51,413 bases of DNA from a virus (Duplodnaviria > Caudoviricetes). Made by a program: the position numbers and the translations under genes. The notes beneath the pieces are model-generated. The model did not search any database and had not been told where the DNA came from. It was given only the letters and a program-made list of their open reading frames with translations. Shown here piece after piece: positions 46,743 through 51,413 of the stretch. Position 1 is the stretch's first letter; each line of letters begins with the position of its first letter. Location of the stretch: positions 1-51,413 of IMG/VR virus record IMGVR_UViG_3300012096_000002; one strand, written 5' to 3'.

Positions 46743-47265
46743 TGGTTCCAATCTGTACATGTCTACTAAAGCATTAGGCTTCAGGGTCGACTTCACTAAG
46801 TTACTTAACTATTACAAGGAACAAGGTGATGTTGCTCATGCCTTCTACTTCACTGCTCTACCACCTAAGGAGGTACAATCAGGTCTACGAAGAATGATTG
46901 ATTACGTAGATTACAATGGTTTCACTGTGATTCAGAAGGAAACCAAGGAATATACTGATACCGAGGGCGTTAAGAAACTGAAGGGGAACATGGATGTTGA
47001 GATTGCTGTGCGTGTTAACGAGACTGCACCATTCATCACCAATCTTGTGCTATTCTCAGGTGATGGTGACTTCCATGCACTACTTGAGTCAGTGCAGCGG
47101 AGGTACGGTATACATTGTACTGTGGTCTCTGCTAGGTCGCTAATTGCTGATAGTCTGCGTCGACAAGCCAATGAGTTTGTCGATTTGGCAACGCTTCGTG
47201 ATAGGTTTGAGCACGCGGACTCTATCCTACGCAAACGTAAGTTTAACTTCTTAGATGGAAAGTGA
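46717..47265 (+). CDS. NYN-domain (LabA/DUF88, PIN-like) ribonuclease
   Basis: IFIDGSNLY, KGNMDVEIA, LFSGDGDF, LRRQANEFVDL. Confidence 0.92.
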   Translation: MKRIGIFIDGSNLYMSTKALGFRVDFTKLLNYYKEQGDVAHAFYFTALPPKEVQSGLRRMIDYVDYNGFTVIQKETKEYTDTEGVKKLKGNMDVEIAVRVNETAPFITNLVLFSGDGDFHALLESVQRRYGIHCTVVSARSLIADSLRRQANEFVDLATLRDRFEHADSILRKRKFNFLDGK

Positions 47266-47445
47266 TGACCATGCACTACATCTTAATCATAATACATCTT
47301 CAAGCCGGAATTGTTATTGCTCCAGGCCATTACAGCAGCCTAGCACTCTGCAGCAAGGCAGCTGAAACTATAATGCAGAGTGCTAGTGGACCTATAAAAG
47401 CAGTCTGCATCAACGCTCCTGACAATATCGAAGGAGTTTAAAACC

Positions 47446-47697
47446 ATGTCATTTACTATAGGACAGCGTGTAAGACTTAGTGAACGTGGTCTTAAACTGT
47501 TCGATTGTAAGCCTATAACTGTACGAGGAGAGGTTATAAATTGGAAGAAAAGAATTGGGTTTATCGCTCGTATTACTCCTAATAAATGGATGGTGGTACA
47601 TTGGGATGGTAACAAGTTTCCATCGGAAGCTATCTCTCCCATCTGCTTGAAACCATTCATCGACAATAAAGAGTGGATTCCTGAATACGGAGACTGA
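47446..47697 (+). CDS. Small SH3/KOW-like hypothetical protein
   Basis: AAGGAG RBS; F.IGQRV..V.WDG. Confidence 0.7.
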   Translation: MSFTIGQRVRLSERGLKLFDCKPITVRGEVINWKKRIGFIARITPNKWMVVHWDGNKFPSEAISPICLKPFIDNKEWIPEYGD

Positions 47698-47700
47698 CAA

Positions 47701-47892
47701 ATGTTTGTAGATCTGTGTTTAATAGCAATAATCACAGTTCTAGCTGCAGTTATGATGTTCTGTCTTGTCGTCGTAGCTGTTAAAGTCAATGAAATATCAA
47801 AGACTCTGGATAGAGTGGATATCTTTGTTGATACGATAGAATATAAGCTAAAGAATGCTAATGCAAGGAAACTCACCATTAAGCCACGTTGA
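47701..47892 (+). CDS. Small membrane protein
   Basis: GGAG RBS; long hydrophobic N-terminus. Confidence 0.65.
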   Translation: MFVDLCLIAIITVLAAVMMFCLVVVAVKVNEISKTLDRVDIFVDTIEYKLKNANARKLTIKPR

Positions 47893-47917
47893 CTTAACTC
47901 ATTGACCATGAGATAAT
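47889..47917 (+). promoter_or_regulatory. Early sigma70 promoter P3
   Basis: TTGACT-17-GATAAT, closely similar to P2. Confidence 0.75.
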
Positions 47918-47941
47918 GGGGACAATGGAAAGGGGAAATCC

Positions 47942-48421
47942 ATGAGCAACAGAACTATGCAACAGAAGTCTTTAAAGTTACGTAGACAACGTAGGGCATG
48001 GGCTAAACCATTAGCACGAGCTAGTGGTATCGTTCCCAATCGTGGTGTACTAGCGGAGTACAAAGAACGTGCCGCAGGTCTCGGCATCAGTGAATATGAA
48101 ATAGACCAACTGATTCGGAAGTTGTATAAGCGAGATTCTATTGAAGGCATCCCGGCCGGCAGAGTAGAAGTGTTAGCTCTTCTGAAAGAACTCAAGCAAC
48201 AAGTTCCAGAGATGCATTTCTTTAGTATCTTGGACAATGGCTGGTGGCATGCAGCATGCTTCTATAATTCAGAGAAGACATGCTTCGTCCTAGCCTTAAC
48301 AGATCTTCGTAAACATACTGTGAGACGATCCATTGAATATGGTAGTAAAGAACGTGCCTTGCACGTCTGGAACCATAACAAGGTTATCTGGGTGTCTCAC
48401 AGGTCTATACGATCAGGTTAA
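47942..48421 (+). CDS. Hypothetical protein
   Basis: AAGGGG RBS downstream of P3. Confidence 0.8.
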   Translation: MSNRTMQQKSLKLRRQRRAWAKPLARASGIVPNRGVLAEYKERAAGLGISEYEIDQLIRKLYKRDSIEGIPAGRVEVLALLKELKQQVPEMHFFSILDNGWWHAACFYNSEKTCFVLALTDLRKHTVRRSIEYGSKERALHVWNHNKVIWVSHRSIRSG

Positions 48422-48460
48422 TAGCCCCTCCCTGGTCGTACTGCGCAGGACACTGCGCGT

Positions 48461-48498
48461 AACCCCGTCACATCGTTCCCCTCGGTGTGGCGGGGTTT
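48461..48498 (+). terminator. Strong hairpin / possible terminator
   Basis: aaccccgtcacatcg / cggtgtggcggggtt, short T tail. Confidence 0.5.
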
Positions 48499-48524
48499 CC
48501 TACTGCCAATAGGAGGCTTCCCCA

Positions 48525-48746
48525 ATGTGTAATGATCCCACTCATCCAATCATCGCTATGTGTGAATGTGGTGCGTATTATCGTAGCTGTGACTACCTTA
48601 ATGCTATGTTGCACATCACACCTAGATCAGCTCTATCTCATAAGTGGGCATACCTCGCAAGCAATTCATTTGTAGCTGGCAGAGATAACAAAACATTTAA
48701 CAAACAGATACTTTTATTTGGTAGTCCTATAAAGAGAGGAGAATGA
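48525..48746 (+). CDS. Small Cys-containing hypothetical protein
   Basis: AGGAGG RBS; C..H..CECG..C. Confidence 0.65.
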   Translation: MCNDPTHPIIAMCECGAYYRSCDYLNAMLHITPRSALSHKWAYLASNSFVAGRDNKTFNKQILLFGSPIKRGE

Positions 48747-48747
48747 T

Positions 48748-49329
48748 GTGGATAACTCAATCCAAGACTGGCTGTGGGATTACCGTGATGTGATCTTGCT
48801 AGCCATCATGCTCTTATCACTGTGCGGTATAGTGGTAAGTGTAGAATACCTTTGGAATGCGCTATTCCCTAGCTATGCCACACGGTTGTGGTTCGGGATT
48901 GTGAAGGACCAATGGTATAGGTTTGTAAAGAACCCTATATCACGGTTGTTACAGCCTTTGCACAGAATGCATTCCAAGTGGTCGGCCAGAAGACTGAGGG
49001 TGCAAATGGCCAAGTGGAAGAAGGAGTATGTCGCAGCCATATTCTATGATGGCTTATCACAAGCGTGTGAAGAGGGGATCATTTCCAAACATATCAAACG
49101 TAAGCTAATGAAAGATTTAGCTGACTTCTTTCAGATGTCTGATCTTGTTCGTGCTAGTAGGAATAGGAAGGCGATTGCACATCGTATCCAGACCAACGAA
49201 ACCTACAAGTTCGGCCCTGTTCAAGACAAGCCTGCGTGGGGTGGTAAACCTGGTGAAGATGTGGTTCCAATCTATAAGCACGAAGGGTTGGGGTCTAAGT
49301 TCCTGAAGAAGAAGGGGAATGCAGCATAA
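48748..49329 (+). CDS. Membrane-anchored hypothetical protein ending in -NAA
   Basis: AGGAG RBS; N-terminal TM. Confidence 0.75.
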   Translation: MDNSIQDWLWDYRDVILLAIMLLSLCGIVVSVEYLWNALFPSYATRLWFGIVKDQWYRFVKNPISRLLQPLHRMHSKWSARRLRVQMAKWKKEYVAAIFYDGLSQACEEGIISKHIKRKLMKDLADFFQMSDLVRASRNRKAIAHRIQTNETYKFGPVQDKPAWGGKPGEDVVPIYKHEGLGSKFLKKKGNAA

Positions 49330-49475
49330 TGGGACACAAAGGGTATTCATCCAAATCAAACAAACGTAAACGTAGGCGAACTCCGCATGAAAAGGCGCGT
49401 AGAGTTCGTGCAGCAAAGCTGCGTGTCCGACGTATTAAACTTGGAATAAGAAGGAGCAAACATGTCTGGGCATAA
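49329..49475 (+). CDS. Very basic small protein (48 aa, not in track)
   Basis: TAATG coupling; MGHKGYSSKSNKRKRRRTPHEKARRVRAAKLRVRR. Confidence 0.55.
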   Translation: MGHKGYSSKSNKRKRRRTPHEKARRVRAAKLRVRRIKLGIRRSKHVWA

Positions 49476-49713
49476 ACGCAAGCGGTGTTGGTTCTGCACC
49501 CGAGAAGGTGTCCCTAGGACATTCAAGAACCGTAGTACACTTCGAGCTCACATCTTCGAGAACCATCCCGAAGAAGCTGCTGTTCGTATGTTCACCAGCC
49601 ACAAGGGGCATGGTCGTCCGGATGTTGTGCATTACGGTGCAAGGATGCGAAAGAAGCTTGGACTTGAATATAGCCCAAGTGGTCATCTACGTTCTACCTT
49701 GGAGGCCGCATGA
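49462..49713 (+). CDS. C2H2 zinc-finger protein
   Basis: CWFC-x8-F-x5-L-x2-H-x4-H; AAGGAG RBS; ends -LEAA. Confidence 0.7.
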   Translation: MSGHKRKRCWFCTREGVPRTFKNRSTLRAHIFENHPEEAAVRMFTSHKGHGRPDVVHYGARMRKKLGLEYSPSGHLRSTLEAA

Positions 49714-49871
49714 GTCGTATATCCAAGATCAAAGCTAAAGCCCGCCGGCGAGGCCATGATATGCTTTCTCGTAAGATCAAGCATGCCATGAAGATGCTGG
49801 ATCATCCTAAACCAGTCTCTAAGGATGATGCTGTCCTGACACCAAAGAGACCAGCTGCCAAGAAGAAGTGA
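49710..49871 (+). CDS. Small basic protein (53 aa, not in track)
   Basis: GGAGG RBS, ATGA coupling; MSRISKIKAKARRRG...PAAKKK. Confidence 0.6.
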   Translation: MSRISKIKAKARRRGHDMLSRKIKHAMKMLDHPKPVSKDDAVLTPKRPAAKKK

Positions 49872-49878
49872 GAGAGCC

Positions 49879-51318
49879 ATGATTAATCAACCACAGAATA
49901 TCATCCACGCCTTAGCGGGACACCAAGTTCCCAAGGAACTGTGGGAGACTGCTTTACGCAAGTGCCCCACTGCATCAGGATACGCCATACGGGATACCAC
50001 CGATGGCAAGACCACTCTCGAAACTGAGCACTACGACCAATCAGTCACAGTCGACAACATGCTCACTCTGGAAGAACAGGCGAAGCAATACGATCGTGTC
50101 TACTACTTGGCCAACCTTCCAGGTAAACATACCAAAGATGACGTACAGCCCTACGTGCTGACCATCTTTGAAGATGAAGACGACAAGATCGGGCGAGACA
50201 TACTTTCTTTCTTCGTGGAAGGTGACTTTCCTAAGTTCTCTTCCAAGGATCACACCGACGAATACAACTTCTCTCAAGATATTGTCATCCCTACTTTACA
50301 GGACATGTTCCTATCTGCCGATCAAGACATCAGCAAGTTCACAGCCAGTTTGCATAAGCCTCTGTTCGAAAAGAACATGATGGCTCATGTCGGACATCGT
50401 GCAGCGTTTGTCTTCCTGCCTCTAGAAGGTGATGTAGTTAAGTTCGGACAGAATGACCTCGGCGCCGGCTTCGATTGGGGAACCTGTTCACAGCATTTGG
50501 ATTTCCAGAAGGCTGTGAAACCTATCACATCTCCAGTCGCGGCGGCATCAGCAGCGATCAAGAAGTTCAATCCATTCAAGGCATCGACCAGCACAGACAT
50601 CAAGACTGACGACAAGGGCATTCATCATACTGAACCCAAGAAGGATGTTATCGATAAGGTGGCTACCGACACTATGCTGGGCAAGAAACTGATCAAGCCT
50701 CCGTCCAAGTTGGACAAGTCTGGTAAGAATAGATGGCTGCGTCTATTCAACAATGGTGATCTGCCCAAAGATCATGACCATAAAGATTTCCCAGGTTTGT
50801 GGATCAATCCTGAATTGGTACCTTACGCTCAGAGAGATATTTCTACTCTGGCTCAAGTCGATGCTGTCGGTGCTGAAATGCGCACAGGGGTTAGGAAAGT
50901 AGGTAACACTACTTACGTAGACAAGAATGTCAAACCGGCGGCAGCAGACTTCCTACCTATTCTCAGTGATGAAGAGATGGTTGGACTAACAGGAACGTTG
51001 GCCAAGTTCCTGGATCGAGCTAAAGCTCCTACTGCTCTGGAAGTCCAGAAGATGGAGGCTGCTTTCCCTACATTCTCTGAGAAGGCTGGTATCAGGTATG
51101 AAGATACCGATAGCTGGACTGTCCACGATGCCTACCTACTCGGTCACAAAGCTCTGGTTATGCTCTGGGCCGAAGCTCGTCGCAAAGAAATGCTAACCAG
51201 AAATCCAGACCTTCAAGTCAAGGATTTGGTTGGGACCCATGTGGCAGCCAAGGAAATTCTCAAACCGGATACAGCAGCAGCCAAACGAGCAGCTATCTTC
51301 GGTAAGAAAACAGCTTGA
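49879..51318 (+). CDS. Protein with degenerate class II glutamine amidotransferase-like N-terminal domain
   Basis: Pattern II..G..VPKE..E.A..CP.ASG.A; DDVQPY; VEG; TDE.NF follows phage GATase-II NPDG.G / NCHPF / HNG / SDT..F. Confidence 0.55.
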   Translation: MINQPQNIIHALAGHQVPKELWETALRKCPTASGYAIRDTTDGKTTLETEHYDQSVTVDNMLTLEEQAKQYDRVYYLANLPGKHTKDDVQPYVLTIFEDEDDKIGRDILSFFVEGDFPKFSSKDHTDEYNFSQDIVIPTLQDMFLSADQDISKFTASLHKPLFEKNMMAHVGHRAAFVFLPLEGDVVKFGQNDLGAGFDWGTCSQHLDFQKAVKPITSPVAAASAAIKKFNPFKASTSTDIKTDDKGIHHTEPKKDVIDKVATDTMLGKKLIKPPSKLDKSGKNRWLRLFNNGDLPKDHDHKDFPGLWINPELVPYAQRDISTLAQVDAVGAEMRTGVRKVGNTTYVDKNVKPAAADFLPILSDEEMVGLTGTLAKFLDRAKAPTALEVQKMEAAFPTFSEKAGIRYEDTDSWTVHDAYLLGHKALVMLWAEARRKEMLTRNPDLQVKDLVGTHVAAKEILKPDTAAAKRAAIFGKKTA

Positions 51319-51413
51319 TTTGACCTGTCGGCAAATCAGCAACGGCTGTTTTCTGATCGCAGATCGCAAGAGATGCGATCTAATGAAAGAAAACAAGCCT
51401 TACAGCTTAAACT
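51291..51413. repeat. 123-bp terminal direct repeat (copy 2)
   Basis: Identical to 1..123. Confidence 0.95.

Noticed and set aside
1-51413. Integrase, repressor, RNA polymerase, reverse transcriptase/DGR, alternative genetic code
   Set aside because: No supporting motifs seen; long genes translate uninterrupted in the standard code

Overview
The window is an apparently complete, circularly permuted ~51.3 kb podovirus genome (1..123 is repeated at 51291..51413). It belongs to the T7 supergroup but has no RNA polymerase (SIO1/VpV262-like organisation). The host is probably alphaproteobacterial (Rhizobiales-like), judged from a host-type NYN gene, ANDN..AA ssrA-like tails and GTTC-N7-GTTC boxes. 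The + strand carries early genes (43.9-51.3 kb) and replication genes (0.2-13.0 kb): primase-helicase, uracil-DNA glycosylase, PolA, SSB, PD-(D/E)XK nuclease, adenine methylase, endonuclease I and HNH. The - strand (42.7-13.2 kb) carries terminase, portal, scaffold, capsid, two tail fibres, GH108 endolysin, tail tubes and internal virion proteins including an LPD23/zincin protein. The two arms meet at a bidirectional terminator near 13.13 kb. The most striking feature is a ~1.5 kb gene-free, densely base-paired region (6885-8368) with several tRNA-type T-loop hairpins and long-range helices, a candidate novel giant ncRNA. Other points of note are a symmetric bidirectional sigma70 promoter at the head of the late arm, LexA-type boxes, a tmRNA-tag mimic on the helicase, and a pair of degenerate GATase/GGCT pseudo-enzymes. 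All calls come from reading motifs by eye; no searches were run.
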